64,000 nucleotides of DNA, taken from Vicinamibacteria bacterium (GTDB lineage Bacteria > Acidobacteriota > Vicinamibacteria > Fen-336). The notes under the pieces were generated by a model, which worked only from the letters and a program-made list of their open reading frames with translations, was not told where the DNA came from and made no database searches. Where the stretch lies: contig DATBIO010000289.1 in assembly GCA_036556965.1 (NCBI GenBank), forward strand, positions 964 to 64,963, read 5' to 3'. Below, in pieces: positions 1 through 10,490 of this stretch. The position numbers and the translations under genes were made by a program. Each line of letters starts with the position of its first letter. Within the stretch, counting starts at the first letter, position 1.

Positions 1-1542
1 CTCTGCGATCACGGAGAGGGCGGCGGCGTTGCCGGGGTCCGCCGCGGCGACCGCCTGCGCGCGGCGAACGGCCGCGCGGTAGTCGCGCGCGTCGAGGAGG
101 CGCCGCGCCTCCGCCAGGGTGGGCCCGTGGTCCGCGGCCGGGGGCACGGTGGTCGGCGGGCCCGTGATGGGCGGCGCGGTGATGACGGGCGTCTCCGGCG
201 CGAGGGAGACGGACGTCGTCTGTTCCGTCCCGTCGTCGAGGACGCGGTAGGCGACCACGCCCACGGCGGCCAGGGCGGCCACGGCCGCGCCGGCCACGAG
301 CAGCGTTCGCGGCGCCACCGCCTGCGCCGCAGGCCGCGGCGCGAGGGAAGGGGGCTCGGGAGGCGGCGGCGCCGCGGGCCGGACCGTCTCTCCCGGGCGC
401 AGCGTGGCCACGGGCTCCGGGCGCACGGTGGGGGCCGGCGGCGGCGGGGTGGAGAACGCGCGCTCGGCGCGCACCGTGGCCGCCGCCTGTGGGCGCGCGG
501 ACGCCGGCGGCTCGTGTCGCACCGTGACCACGGGGGCGGCGAGGGTCTCCGGGGCGGGGAGCAGGGGGGCGACCGGCGCCGCCGCCGCGCGCGCAAAGCC
601 GGGCACGGGTCCGCTCGGCAGCGGCGCGGACGACCCTGGGGGCGGATGGGGAGGCCCCGACGGCATCGGCGGGTGTGAACCCGACGCAAACGGCGGGGGC
701 GCCGGCAGCGTCACGCTGCCCAGCGCCGCGCGCACCTCGCGCAGGGCCGCGCGCACGGCCCCCGCGTCGGGGAAGCGGTCGGTGCGGGCCTTGGCCAGCG
801 CCCTTGCCACCAGGGCGTAGAGGGGGGCGGGCAGGCCCGGGGCCAGGCCCTCCAGGGGCGCGGGGTCGTCCTGCACCACCTTGAACAGCACGGCGTGCAG
901 GGCGTTGGCCTCGAAGGCCTTCTGGTAGGCGAGCACCTCGTAGAAGACGGCGCCGAGGGCGAACACGTCGGTCTCGGGCGTGGCCTTCTCGCCCCTCACC
1001 TGCTCCGGGGCCATGTAGTTGGGCGTGCCCATGACCATGCCCGCCCGCGTCATCTCGGAGGCGGCCAGGCGCGCCAGGCCGAAGTCCATGATCTTGACCT
1101 GGCCCCCGTGCAGCACGTGGATGTTGGCGGGCTTGAGGTCGCGGTGGACGATGCCCTTGGCGTGGGCGAAGGCCAGCCCGTCCGCGATCTGCTCCATGAG
1201 CGAGAGCCGATCGCCCAGGGTCAGGGGAGCGCGGGAGACGATCAGCTCCTTGAGGTCGTTGCCCTCCAGCAGCTCCATGGCCATGTAGGCCTGGCCCTGC
1301 TCCTCGCCGAAGTCGTGGACGGTGACGATGTTGGGGTGGTTGAGCCGGGCGGCGGACTGCGCCTCGCGGTGGAAGCGCTGGCGCAGCTCCTCGTCGGCGC
1401 CGATGGCCGCCGACATGGTCTTGATGGCGACCTCGCGCCCCAGCACGGGGTCGTGGGCGCGGAACACCTCGCCCATGGCCCCCTGGCCGATTCGGGCGAC
1501 GACCTCGTACTTGCCGAGGCGCCGCACCGGCGCGTCCGCCAT
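1..1542 (-). CDS. Hanks-type Ser/Thr protein kinase, partial. Kinase domain, then a Pro-rich linker, one TM helix and a TPR-like periplasmic C-terminus that runs off the window start.
   Basis: Reverse-complement translation from ATG at 1542 gives MADAPVRRLGKYEVVARIGQGAMGEVFRAHDPVLGREVAIK (Gly-loop and VAIK Lys). HRDLKPANI and DFG motifs lie near 1100-1180. A hydrophobic segment LVAGAAVAALAAVGVVAY lies near 245-300. The ORF continues past position 1. It is absent from the ORF track because it has no stop inside the window. Confidence 0.85.
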   Translation of the reverse strand, partial: MADAPVRRLGKYEVVARIGQGAMGEVFRAHDPVLGREVAIKTMSAAIGADEELRQRFHREAQSAARLNHPNIVTVHDFGEEQGQAYMAMELLEGNDLKELIVSRAPLTLGDRLSLMEQIADGLAFAHAKGIVHRDLKPANIHVLHGGQVKIMDFGLARLAASEMTRAGMVMGTPNYMAPEQVRGEKATPETDVFALGAVFYEVLAYQKAFEANALHAVLFKVVQDDPAPLEGLAPGLPAPLYALVARALAKARTDRFPDAGAVRAALREVRAALGSVTLPAPPPFASGSHPPMPSGPPHPPPGSSAPLPSGPVPGFARAAAAPVAPLLPAPETLAAPVVTVRHEPPASARPQAAATVRAERAFSTPPPPAPTVRPEPVATLRPGETVRPAAPPPPEPPSLAPRPAAQAVAPRTLLVAGAAVAALAAVGVVAYRVLDDGTEQTTSVSLAPETPVITAPPITGPPTTVPPAADHGPTLAEARRLLDARDYRAAVRRAQAVAAADPGNAAALSVIAE

Positions 1543-1558
1543 GGATCAGGGTCCCGCG

Positions 1559-3040
1559 CTAGAACGCGTAGTCGATGCCGATCACCGGCGCCACCTTGAA
1601 GCTCAGGCCGCTGTCGCTGAGGGGGAAGATCACGTGCGCGTTGATGAGCAGGGTCTTGGCCACGTTGAGCTTGAAGCCCGCCACCCCGATGAGCAGGTTG
1701 ACGTCCGAGTTGCGCTCCACGAGGTCCACCGTCTGGCGCGTGGCCACCAGGGAGGGGCCGCCGTTGACGGCGCGGTACGGGAAGTCCCGCGGGACCAGCT
1801 CGAAGCGGTCCACGTCCTGCAGCCAGCGGCCGACGAGGTCGAAGTCGAGGCTCAGCCGCGGGGAGACGCCGGCCACGAAGCCGACGACGTAGTTGAACTC
1901 GTCGGGGACCTCGAGGTTGGGCACGACCACGCCGGGGTCCTGGCCGCGGAACACCGTGTCGTAGGCGTCGGTCGCCCCCGTGGTGGGGGTGGGCACGTCG
2001 TCGCCGAGGGCGAAGGTCCCGAGCGACTCGCTCAGGCCGCCGCTCGAGAACGTGTAACCGAGGTTCACGTGGGGCGAGAACTTCCCGTAGTCCCCGGAAT
2101 AGTAGACGGAGGCCTTGAACTGCGTGGCCCCCGTGCCCAGGAGGTCGTCCTCGTCGCCGGTGGGCAGGCGGAGGTCGAGGCCCAGGGCGAGGCCGCCGCC
2201 GGGCTGGGGCCAGAAGTTGTACTTGGCCCGGAACAGGATGTCGCCGATACCGCTGGCCGACCCGGACTCCGTGGAGATCCGGTGGTCGGGGTCGCCCCCC
2301 ACGCCCGCGAAGGTGTGGATGCTGGTGTTGGCGCCGCTGCCCAGGCGGTCCAGCGTCGACTCCATGGTGGCGTCGAGCTCCACGCTCACGATGGGGATGG
2401 CCACCGAGACGTCGAGCTGGTTGGTGAGCCCGTAGTTGGCGAAGAAGGACACCGTCTGCGTGCGCGCCTCCAGGAAGAGCGTGGTCGCCACGAGGTCGCT
2501 CTCGAAGGACGGGTTGGCGTCCACCGTCGGCACGGGGGCGGTGGGCGGGGTCCCGTCCGGCGTCTGCCCCGGGCAGCACTCGTTGTGCCGCAGCTGGAAC
2601 AGGATGTCGCCGTCGTCGAGGTCCAGCCCCTGGAAGCTGTCGAACTCCACGCGCTGGTAGTTCACTCCCGCGCTGAAGCGGTTCTTGCCGATGGTCAACG
2701 CGCGCTCCGCGAACGCGGGCCCGAAGTTGCCCGAGCTGCGCCGGGGGAAGAACCCGGGAGGCTCCAGGGTGTAGGTGAAGCCGCCCGAGGAGGAGCCGGT
2801 GGGGAAGGTCGAGAGCTCCGACACGATGGCGCCGTTGAGGGCGTAGGGCGCCACGAGCTGGGCCGCGGACGGGAGGAAGTGGGCCTCGTGCGGGTTCCCC
2901 GCCACGTTGCCCACCGTGGAGGGCATGGTCACCGCCTCCGAGAGGAGGCGTGGCAGCAGCTCGGCCAGCGTTTGCGCCCCGCTCTCCGCGGCGAGCCCGG
3001 AGAGGACGACCCCGAGGACGAGGCTGTATCGAAGCGACAT
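1559..3040 (-). CDS. Outer-membrane beta-barrel protein, MetA-pathway/phenol-degradation-like OMP, with a signal peptide.
   Basis: 493 aa. N-terminal signal peptide MSLRYSLVLGVVLSGLAAESGAQT. Alternating amphipathic beta-strand pattern, Gly/Tyr/Phe-rich, C-terminal ...GIDYAF ending in Phe, which is typical for OMP targeting. Confidence 0.65.
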   Translation of the reverse strand: MSLRYSLVLGVVLSGLAAESGAQTLAELLPRLLSEAVTMPSTVGNVAGNPHEAHFLPSAAQLVAPYALNGAIVSELSTFPTGSSSGGFTYTLEPPGFFPRRSSGNFGPAFAERALTIGKNRFSAGVNYQRVEFDSFQGLDLDDGDILFQLRHNECCPGQTPDGTPPTAPVPTVDANPSFESDLVATTLFLEARTQTVSFFANYGLTNQLDVSVAIPIVSVELDATMESTLDRLGSGANTSIHTFAGVGGDPDHRISTESGSASGIGDILFRAKYNFWPQPGGGLALGLDLRLPTGDEDDLLGTGATQFKASVYYSGDYGKFSPHVNLGYTFSSGGLSESLGTFALGDDVPTPTTGATDAYDTVFRGQDPGVVVPNLEVPDEFNYVVGFVAGVSPRLSLDFDLVGRWLQDVDRFELVPRDFPYRAVNGGPSLVATRQTVDLVERNSDVNLLIGVAGFKLNVAKTLLINAHVIFPLSDSGLSFKVAPVIGIDYAF

Positions 3041-3116
3041 GCGCGTGCCTCCGGTCGGTTGATGCGGTGGCCCGACGGCCGTTGCGTGGCACTCTAACAG
3101 AGGCCCCGCCGTGCTG

Positions 3117-5828
3117 TCATGGCACGGGCGGCGCCGCGGCCGACGTGTAGAGGGCGTTGAGGAAGGGAATGTAGGTCGACCAGCTCTGGCCGCGGTACTG
3201 CGGACGGAACCCGAACAGCACCACGCGGCCCTTGCCCAGCGGCACCTCGGCCAGGGCCGTCTTCCCGTGCAGGGCGGCCCCCCCGGACAGCCACCCGGAG
3301 AGGAGCAGGTCGGCCTCCGGGTACCAGGCCACCGACCGGCCTCCGCGCAGCGAGAAGGCGGGCGAGGCCTCGAACCACACGGGGACGCTCTCGGGCAGAC
3401 CGTGGCTCAGCGGGCTCTCCGGGTCGAAGCGTGCCTGCAGCAGCGATCCCGGGCAGTCCACCTCGTCCGTTCCGTCCGCGCGGCCCTCTCCCTGGGCGAG
3501 CACGTTGCTCACGGGCAGGGCCAGCTCCTCGATGGCGAAGTCGGAGGCGGAGTCCAGGGCCACCAGCGTGCCTCCCTCCTCCACGAAGGCCTTGAGCGCG
3601 CGCGCCCCCTCCCGCCCCAGGCCGCCCGTGTACTCCGGAGGCAGCGAGCCCGCGGGGTGGCCGGTCAGGATCTGCTCCGCGCGCTGGTCGGGGAGCACGA
3701 TGGCGTCGAAGCGGTCGCGCAGCCGGCCCGCCCGCACGTCGGCGTCGTGCAGGGTCGTGTAGGGGACCTCCATCTGCTTCTCGAAGAGGAAGCGCGTCCA
3801 GCCCTCGTCCATGGAGGCCAGCCAGGATTGATAAAGCCCCACGCGCGGGGGCTTCAGCAGGAGGGTGCGCGGCTCCCCGCGCAGGAGGCCCACCTGGAGG
3901 CCGAGGTCCCGGGCCAGGGGCTCCACCTGCCGGCGGGCGGAGAAAGGGGCCAGGAGCGTGCCCGCCGGGTACCGGCGCCGGCCCTCCACGTGCTCGGCCA
4001 GCAGCCAGCGCATGGGGACGCCCGCCCGCTGCAGGCGGCCCAGGGCGACGAGGTCGCCCGTCCGGTGTCCGAGGGCAAGGTAGCGGCCGCGTCCGCGCTC
4101 CACCGTGCCCGGGGGCACGCTCACCACGGCCACCGGCTCCAGCGCCGCCTCGAAGGGCGCGTCCACCGTCACCGTCTCCACCCCCATCAGGAGGGGCAGG
4201 GTGTGCGCGGTCACGTCGTAGGGACGCTGCACGGGTCCGCCCGCGAAGGGGCGGAGCGTGGGATAGCGCTGCCGCTCGAGCACCGTCTTGGCGAAGGAGC
4301 TGAAGGGCTGGGCCATGAGCACCACGTGGCTGCCCGCGGGGAACCGGCGCCCCGCGGCCTCGAACGGCTTGCGCGCGCGGTGCACCTCCACTCCTCCCGT
4401 GCGCAGCACGCGCAGGAGGCTCGCCGCGGCGTGGGGGTCGGCGGGAGCCGCGGGGAAGACGAAGGCGAAGGGCTGGGTCCGCTGCGCGGCGCGGCGGCTC
4501 ACGTCGTAGGCCGTGCGCAGCCAGTAGGCCCGGTTGCCGGCGGCGTGCTCGAGGAGGGCCCGCGTGGCGGAGCGCTGGTAGGCGATCACGTCGCGTAGCC
4601 GCCAGGTGCCCCCCGACCAGGGCAGGGGCAGGCGCGCGGAGCGCAGGCGGGGATCGAAGCCCTCCTCGCGCCGCAGGTCGCCGAAGGGCACCTCCAGGGG
4701 CGTGGCCATGCGCGCGGAGGCGGACTCGCTCAGCACGCGCACCCCGCCGTGCGTGTGCGGGTACGCGCGCGCGGGCGCCCAGGCGTCGAAGAGGGCGCCC
4801 GTCACCACGCCCCCCTTGCCCTCGCCGGTCAGGCGGGCGGCGATGTGCGCGCCCAGGCCGTTGACGGCGGCGATGAGGGCGGAGTCCACGTTGGGCTCCC
4901 ACGGGTCCAGGTAGGGCGGCACGAACAGGCGGGCCCCGCGCGCGCCCATCTGGTGGAGGTCGTGCACCACCTGCGGCCGCCAGCGGTCGTACACGTGCGC
5001 CACCGTGAGGCGGCTCTCCTCCTGCGAGAACATGTACCAGTCGCGGTTGTTGTCGTGGCCGACGTACTTCTGGTAGAGGAAGGGCAGCCGGCACCCCGCT
5101 TCGTCCCCGCAGCCGGATCCCTCGTAGGGCGTGCCCAGCACCCGGCGGTACCACTCCGTGACCTTCTGCGTCCCGTCCGGGTTGTGGGAGGGCAGGAGGA
5201 CGACCACCACCTCCTCCAGGAGGGAGCGCACCGCGGGATCGTCGCCAGCGGCCAGCTCGTAGGCGGTGAGCATCGCGGTGTGGGGCGCCCCCACTTCCGT
5301 GGAGTGGATGCCGTGGTGCAGGGCCACCACCACCTTTCCTCGGGCGATCACGCGCTCCGCCTCCTCGGGGGGAAGGGTGCGCGGATCGAACAGCCGCAGG
5401 TTGTCCTGGCGGATCGCCTCCAGGCGCGCCATGTTGGCCTCGGAGCTGATCACCGCGACCAGGAAGGGCAGGCCCTCCGTGGTCTTGCCCACCTCCTCCA
5501 CGCTCACTCGCGGCGAGGCGGCATCGAGCCGTCGGAAGTAGCCGGCGATCTGGTGCCAGTCGGCCAGGACGCGGTCCTCGCCCGGCTCGAAGCCGAGGAC
5601 GGAGGCGGGGCTGGGGACCTCGGCCGCGGCGGGCGCGCCGAGGGCGAGGAGCAGGAGCAGGAGGAGCGCGATCACGGGGCCAGCAGACCACACGCCGTCG
5701 CGGGGGCGCAAGGCCTCGCGCGCGAATGGAAACGCTCCGGCCCGGGCCCCACGCCCGCGCGCGCGACTAGAATCCGCCCATCCGTCTCCGACCCCGGTGG
5801 GGCCGCCCCGGCGGCCCGCACCGTGCAC
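3117..5828 (-). CDS. Large secreted M14-family zinc carboxypeptidase. Start uncertain; it is probably nearer 5700.
   Basis: HGIHSTE (HxxE zinc ligands) and a downstream His are typical of the M14 peptidase fold. A signal-like segment [21 protein letters not shown] is present. The product is about 880-900 aa. The ATG at 5828 would overlap the mscL promoter region, so the true start may be an internal GTG. Confidence 0.7.
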   Translation of the reverse strand: MHGAGRRGGPTGVGDGWADSSRARGRGARAGAFPFAREALRPRDGVWSAGPVIALLLLLLLALGAPAAAEVPSPASVLGFEPGEDRVLADWHQIAGYFRRLDAASPRVSVEEVGKTTEGLPFLVAVISSEANMARLEAIRQDNLRLFDPRTLPPEEAERVIARGKVVVALHHGIHSTEVGAPHTAMLTAYELAAGDDPAVRSLLEEVVVVLLPSHNPDGTQKVTEWYRRVLGTPYEGSGCGDEAGCRLPFLYQKYVGHDNNRDWYMFSQEESRLTVAHVYDRWRPQVVHDLHQMGARGARLFVPPYLDPWEPNVDSALIAAVNGLGAHIAARLTGEGKGGVVTGALFDAWAPARAYPHTHGGVRVLSESASARMATPLEVPFGDLRREEGFDPRLRSARLPLPWSGGTWRLRDVIAYQRSATRALLEHAAGNRAYWLRTAYDVSRRAAQRTQPFAFVFPAAPADPHAAASLLRVLRTGGVEVHRARKPFEAAGRRFPAGSHVVLMAQPFSSFAKTVLERQRYPTLRPFAGGPVQRPYDVTAHTLPLLMGVETVTVDAPFEAALEPVAVVSVPPGTVERGRGRYLALGHRTGDLVALGRLQRAGVPMRWLLAEHVEGRRRYPAGTLLAPFSARRQVEPLARDLGLQVGLLRGEPRTLLLKPPRVGLYQSWLASMDEGWTRFLFEKQMEVPYTTLHDADVRAGRLRDRFDAIVLPDQRAEQILTGHPAGSLPPEYTGGLGREGARALKAFVEEGGTLVALDSASDFAIEELALPVSNVLAQGEGRADGTDEVDCPGSLLQARFDPESPLSHGLPESVPVWFEASPAFSLRGGRSVAWYPEADLLLSGWLSGGAALHGKTALAEVPLGKGRVVLFGFRPQYRGQSWSTYIPFLNALYTSAAAPPVP

Positions 5829-5862
5829 GGCGCCGTTTCACGGAAAGGAGCGTCCCGTGGGC

Positions 5863-6297
5863 ATGCTCGGCGAGTTCAAGCAGTTCGCGATGCGCGGGAA
5901 CGTCATCGACCTCGCGGTGGGAGTGGTCATCGGCTCGGCCTTCGGGCGCATCGTGAGCTCGCTCGTGGACGACATCCTGATGCCCCCCATCGGCCTCCTG
6001 CTGGGCGGCATCGACTTCTCCAACTTCTTCATCGACCTGTCCGGCCGCAGCTTCGCCACCCTGGCCGAGGCGCGCGCGGCGGGCGTCCCCACCCTGCGCT
6101 ACGGAGTGTTCATCAACGCCCTGATCAGCTTCGTGATCGTGGCCTTCGCCGTCTTCCTGGTGGTGAAGCAGATGAACCGCTTCTTCCCCAAGCCCGCGGC
6201 GCCGGTGACGCGCGACTGCCCGCAGTGCCTCTCCGTCATCCCCGCCCGGGCCCGCCGCTGCGCGCACTGCTGCGTGGAGGTTCCCGCCGCGGCCTGA
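5863..6297 (+). CDS. mscL: Large-conductance mechanosensitive channel MscL.
   Basis: [59 protein letters not shown] is a near-consensus MscL N-terminus. RBS aaggag at 5845-5850. A GTG at 5857 is an alternative start. Confidence 0.9.
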   Translation: MLGEFKQFAMRGNVIDLAVGVVIGSAFGRIVSSLVDDILMPPIGLLLGGIDFSNFFIDLSGRSFATLAEARAAGVPTLRYGVFINALISFVIVAFAVFLVVKQMNRFFPKPAAPVTRDCPQCLSVIPARARRCAHCCVEVPAAA

Positions 6298-6306
6298 GGG
6301 CCGGCC

Positions 6307-7378
6307 TCAGACGCGCAGGAGGAGGGCGCCCCAGCCCAGGCCCGCGCCGAAGGCGACCATGAGGACGAGGTCGCCCGCGCGCAACCGGCCCTGGCGCGCG
6401 CACTCGTCCCAGAGGAGGGGGATGGTGGCGGCGGTGGTGTTGCCGTAACGCTCGATGTTGTGCACGACCTTGTCGTCGGGCAGGCCGAGCGCCTTCGCGC
6501 AGTACTCGTTGATGCGCTTGTTGGCCTGGTGCATGAGGACCAGGGAGAGGTCACCGGGCGCCACCGCGTTGCGGCGGAGGACCTCCTGGGCCACCTCCAC
6601 CATGCGGGTGGTGGCCATCTTGAAGACGTAGCGCCCGTCCATGACCGGGATGTGGTCCCCCCGCCGGAACTGCTCGGGGTCCGTGTAGGGGCGGTGCTTG
6701 AACCCGGTGCCCGGCACGTAGAGCTTGTCGTAGTCGGCGCCGTCCGCGTGCAGCTGGCAGTCGAGCACGCCGCGCCCGTCCTCCGTGGCGCGCAGGACCA
6801 CCGCCGCCCCCGCGTCCCCGAAGAGGACGGTGAGGTGCCGGAACCGCGTGTTCCAGGCGTACTCCTCCGGGGTGGGGGGCACCTCGCCGCGGCCCATCAT
6901 GTAGTCCCAGTTGGCCTGCGTCCACGGCATGAAGCCGGTGTGGATCTCCGCGCCCACGAGGAGGGCGGTCCGCGCCAGCCCCGCCCGCAGGTGCGCGTCC
7001 ACGAGCTGCATGCCGTAGAGGAACCCCACGCACTGTTGGCGGATGTCGAAGCACGGCACCTGCCGGAGGCCCAGCTTCGCCTGGAGGAGGCCGCCGTTGC
7101 CCGGGAAGAAGTGGTCGGGGGTCATGGTGGCGAAGACCACCAGGTCCACTTCCTCCTTCGCCACTCCGCCCATCTCCAGGGCCCGCTGCGCGGCCTCCAC
7201 GCCCAGGTCGGTGGTGGCCACCCCCCTCTCCACGAAGCGCCGGCTCTCCACCCCGCTGCGCTCGCGGATCCACGCGTCGGTGGTGTCCATGATGCGCGCC
7301 AGCATGTCGTTGGTGACGACGGTGTCGGGGATGGCCGAGCCGCTCCCCACGATGACCGACCGCGGCATCGCTCCTCCT
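6307..7378 (-). CDS. 3-oxoacyl-ACP synthase III (KAS III/FabH-like) paralog with an insertion.
   Basis: MPRSVIVGSGSAIPDTVVTNDMLARIMDTTDAWIRERSGV and the C-terminal HQANKRI...[11 protein letters not shown] follow the FabH family pattern. A roughly 30-aa insert (MPWTQANWDYMMGRGEVPPTPEEYAWNTRFRH) is present. RBS gcaggaggag lies just upstream of ATG 7378. A second, canonical fabH is at 39011-40009. Confidence 0.8.
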
Positions 7379-7426
7379 GCTCCGCATTCTAGGCCGCGTC
7401 CGCGCTCCAGGGTATCCTCCACGCCC

Positions 7427-8125
7427 GTGCCCGCGTCCATCAGCGTGGTCGTCCCCATGTACAACGAGGAGGAGTACCTCCCGCTCACGGTGGCGGCGGT
7501 GCGCGGCGTGCTCGAGGACATGCGTGCGGACTGGGAGCTGGTCATCGTGGACGACGCCTCCACGGACGGGACGGGGGCGGCGGCCGACGAGGCCGCCCGC
7601 GCCGAGCCCCGCGTGCGCGTGCTGCACAACCCCCGGAACCTGACCCTGGGGGGCAGCCTGCGCGCGGCCTACGCCCTGGCCAGCAAGGACCTGGTCCTGT
7701 ACACCGACGCCGACCTGCCCTTCGACTTCCAGGAGGTGCCGCGGGCGGTGCGGCTCCTCGAGTACCAGCGCGCGGACGTGCTCTCCGCCTATCGCTTCCA
7801 CCGCACGGCGGAAGGCCCACGCCGGGCCCTCTACACCTTCGCCTACAACGAGCTCATCCGCGCCCTCTTCGACCTCGGGGTCAAGGACGTCAACTTCTCC
7901 TTCAAGCTCTTCCGGCGCGCGCTCCTGCAGCGCATCGAGCTCAAGAGCAACGGCAGCTTCATCGACGTGGAGTTCCTGGTGCGCGCCAAGAACGCGGGGG
8001 CCCACATCATCCAGATCGGGGTCGACTACTTCCCGCGCACGAGGGGCGTGTCCACCCTCTCCTCCTGGCGCGTGATCGGCAACATCCTCAGGGAGATGCG
8101 GCAGCTGCGGGCCGAGCTGAAGTAG
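7427..8125 (+). CDS. Family 2 glycosyltransferase (dolichol-P-mannose / polyprenol-P sugar synthase-like).
   Basis: ISVVVPMYNEEEYLPLTV...VIVDDASTDGT...YTDADL are GT2 DxD-type motifs. The GTG start at 7427 was chosen because the ATG at 7043 would completely overlap the divergent fabH-like gene. Confidence 0.75.
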   Translation: MPASISVVVPMYNEEEYLPLTVAAVRGVLEDMRADWELVIVDDASTDGTGAAADEAARAEPRVRVLHNPRNLTLGGSLRAAYALASKDLVLYTDADLPFDFQEVPRAVRLLEYQRADVLSAYRFHRTAEGPRRALYTFAYNELIRALFDLGVKDVNFSFKLFRRALLQRIELKSNGSFIDVEFLVRAKNAGAHIIQIGVDYFPRTRGVSTLSSWRVIGNILREMRQLRAELK

Positions 8126-8240
8126 GCGGCGCCGGCTCCCTCCCGCGGGATTTCGGGGAGAGGTCGTTGCCCGGCAGCCGCCGGGCGTGGTATTCAAGCC
8201 CGCGACGACCCCGTAACGCTCCGGCCGGCCGCCCGCGCGC

Positions 8241-8269
8241 GTCCGCCGGGAGTGGATCCCGGCGCGGAC
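8241..8269. repeat. Short palindromic hairpin motif (core GGGAGTGGATCCC), copy 1, in the 5' leader of the DUF4388 gene.
   Basis: gtccgccgggagtggatcccggcgcggac: an 11-bp stem with a GTGGA loop. The identical 13-nt core recurs at about 9886. Confidence 0.4.
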
Positions 8270-8300
8270 GCTCAGAGGACCCTCCAGGGGGCAACGCGAC

Positions 8301-9842
8301 GTGCTGACCGATCTCTCCGTCACTCCCTTCGCCGAGGCCCTGCGCCAGCTCTCCGCCGAGGAGAGGACGGGCGACCTCCAGGTGCGCGCGGGCAAGGCCG
8401 TCAAGACGCTGTTCTTCGACCACGGGCGCGTGGTCTTCGCGGGCAGCAACCTCAAGAAGGACCGCCTGGGCGAGGCCCTGGTGGCCCTGGGCCGCATCAC
8501 CGACGCCGATTTCGAGACGGCCTCGCGCCTCATGAAGGAGCACAAGCGCCGCTTCGGGGAGGCCCTGGTGCAGGCGGGGGTCATGGACGCCAAGGAGCTG
8601 GGGGGAGCGGTGGCCCGCCAGGTCAAGCAGATCGTGCTCTCGCTCTTCCCGCTGGAGGAGGGGCTGGCCTCCTTCGAGGAGCGGCCGAGCACCATCCCCC
8701 TCGAGTACATGGTGAGCATCTCCGTGCACCGCATGCTCTACGTGGGCATCCGGACCATGAAGAGCCACGACCTCCTGGTGGCCGGCCTGGGCGACCTCGA
8801 CCGCTGGGTCACGGTGGCGGCGGTGCCGCCCTTCTCGTTCGGCGTGCGCAAGTGCTCGGCGGAGGAGAGGGAGGTGCTGGAGCAGGCGCGGCGCCGGGTG
8901 ACGCTGCGCCGCCTGGCCTGGGCCCCCGGCGGGCTCGCCACCTCGCGCTTGCGGGCCGCCTACGCGTTCCTGGCCTCGGGGGTGCTCCAGGACGCGGAGA
9001 AGCCGGGGGCGCCGCCCGAGCTGCCCGTGCAGATGGAGACGAGCACGTTCCTGCTCTCCGCGCTGCGCCACCAGCCCGCCCCCACCGGCCAGGAGGCGAT
9101 CCGCCAGGAGGTGGCGGCCGAGCTCGAGCGCTCCGCCCACCTCGATCGCGAGGCCTGGCTGAAGGTCTCGCGCGCGGCGCCGCGCGAGGACCTGGTGCGC
9201 GCCCTGGAGGAGAAGATGGAGCGCTACCACGCCCTGCGCGAGGCGGCGGGCGACGACGCCCTGCGCACGGACATCGACGTGGTCCTCGGCCGCGCCTCCT
9301 CCATGCTGCGCCTGGCGCGCCAGGCGCCCGCGTCCGCCGCCGCCCCGGCCGTGCCCGCCCCCGCGGACACGCCCCCGCCGGCCTCCCCCGAGCCCGCCGC
9401 CCCCCCCCGTCCGCGGGCCACGCTCCCCACGGGCGGCATGACGGGCAGCGCGCAGATCGAGCACCTCATGATGGAAGGACACATCCGGATGACGGTGTCC
9501 GACTACGCCAACGCGGTGAAGGTGTACGACCGGCTGGTCAAGGTGCAGCCGGACGTGGCCGCCCACCGCGTCAAGCTGGCCATCGCCATGGCCTGCCACC
9601 CGCCCCTGGCCAAGCAGGCGGAGCGCGAGTTCTACGAGGCCCTGCGCCTCGAGCCCAACAACGCCGATCTCCACTACCAGTTCGGCCTGTACTACCGGAA
9701 GATGAAGGTGCGCTCCCGGGCCATCGCCGAGATGCAGGCGGCGGTCCGGCTCAACCCGCGCCACCGGGCGGCCCGCGAGGAGCTCGAGATCCTCTCGCCG
9801 CGCGATTCCGCGCTGACCAGCATCCGGAAGCTCTTCAAATAG
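8301..9842 (+). CDS. DUF4388-domain protein with a C-terminal TPR region.
   Basis: The N-terminus LTDLSVTPFAEALRQLSAEERTGDLQVRAGKAVKTLFFDHGRVVFAGSN resembles the DUF4388 family common in myxobacteria. The C-terminus has TPR-like helices (YANAVKVYDRLVKVQPDVAAHRVKLAIA...YQFGLYY). GTG start. Confidence 0.6.
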   Translation: MLTDLSVTPFAEALRQLSAEERTGDLQVRAGKAVKTLFFDHGRVVFAGSNLKKDRLGEALVALGRITDADFETASRLMKEHKRRFGEALVQAGVMDAKELGGAVARQVKQIVLSLFPLEEGLASFEERPSTIPLEYMVSISVHRMLYVGIRTMKSHDLLVAGLGDLDRWVTVAAVPPFSFGVRKCSAEEREVLEQARRRVTLRRLAWAPGGLATSRLRAAYAFLASGVLQDAEKPGAPPELPVQMETSTFLLSALRHQPAPTGQEAIRQEVAAELERSAHLDREAWLKVSRAAPREDLVRALEEKMERYHALREAAGDDALRTDIDVVLGRASSMLRLARQAPASAAAPAVPAPADTPPPASPEPAAPPRPRATLPTGGMTGSAQIEHLMMEGHIRMTVSDYANAVKVYDRLVKVQPDVAAHRVKLAIAMACHPPLAKQAEREFYEALRLEPNNADLHYQFGLYYRKMKVRSRAIAEMQAAVRLNPRHRAAREELEILSPRDSALTSIRKLFK

Positions 9843-9879
9843 GTCGGCGTCCTCGCTCCGCGTCGCGCATCGTGCAAGC

Positions 9880-9908
9880 GCCTCGGCGGGAGTGGATCCC
9901 GCCTCGGC
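9880..9908. repeat. Short palindromic hairpin motif (core GGGAGTGGATCCC), copy 2, 3' of the DUF4388 gene.
   Basis: cctcggcgggagtggatcccgcctcggcg: a 7-8-bp stem with the same loop. About 40 nt after the stop at 9842. No T-tract. Confidence 0.4.
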
Positions 9909-9967
9909 GACCCGGAGGAGACGCTCCGCTACGGAAAACGCCGGGTCGGCGCGCCCCCGGACGTTGC

Positions 9968-10447
9968 TCAGCTGATCTCGAACGACTCCTCGCCCGCCTT
10001 GGCCCCTCCGAGCCAGATCTCGAGGCGGTGCGTGCCCGTGCTCCAGGCGCTCGTGTCCTTGGCCCGCAGGTTGACGGCGGTGGCGGCGGGCGGCACCACG
10101 AGCTTCTCTTCCCCCACCTGCTCCCCGCGCGGCCCGAAGAACACGAGGCGGACCTCGGTGCCCGGAGAGATGGGGGTGGTCTTGACCGACACGAACACGG
10201 GATCGCCCCTCTTGAAGGAGCTGGCGGCCTCGGCCACCGTCCCATCGGGGGCGAGGCTGCGTCCGAGGGCCACGGCCTCGATGGCCATCTCGCGCACGGC
10301 GGCGGGCGGGGTGGTGGCCCCCCCGGCATCCGCCACCGGGGCGGCCGCGGTCGAAGCGGGGGGGGCGGCGGTGTCCCGCGCCGAGCCGCTGCACGCCGCG
10401 GTCAGACCCGCGAGAACGGCCGGGCAGCACAGAAGGCGGATCTTCAT
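9968..10447 (-). CDS. Small lipoprotein, hypothetical.
   Basis: MKIRLLCCPAVLAGLTAAC has a lipobox (LTAAC), followed by an Ala/Pro-rich linker. Confidence 0.55.
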   Translation of the reverse strand: MKIRLLCCPAVLAGLTAACSGSARDTAAPPASTAAAPVADAGGATTPPAAVREMAIEAVALGRSLAPDGTVAEAASSFKRGDPVFVSVKTTPISPGTEVRLVFFGPRGEQVGEEKLVVPPAATAVNLRAKDTSAWSTGTHRLEIWLGGAKAGEESFEIS

Positions 10448-10490
10448 GGCGAGCCTCCTCTGCTTCCAGTCTAGGAGGGGCGGGAGGGGC

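Noticed and set aside
9-689. 226-aa Arg/Pro-rich ORF on the minus strand at the window start
   Set aside because: It lies in a different frame from the Ser/Thr kinase, whose hand translation runs continuously from 1542 to position 1 with a TM helix and TPR-like tail. It is a shadow ORF.
1242-3097. Overlapping 616-aa and 591-aa ORFs covering the OMP gene region
   Set aside because: They are alternative-frame or antisense shadows of the 1559-3040 beta-barrel gene. They are low-complexity, with no motifs.
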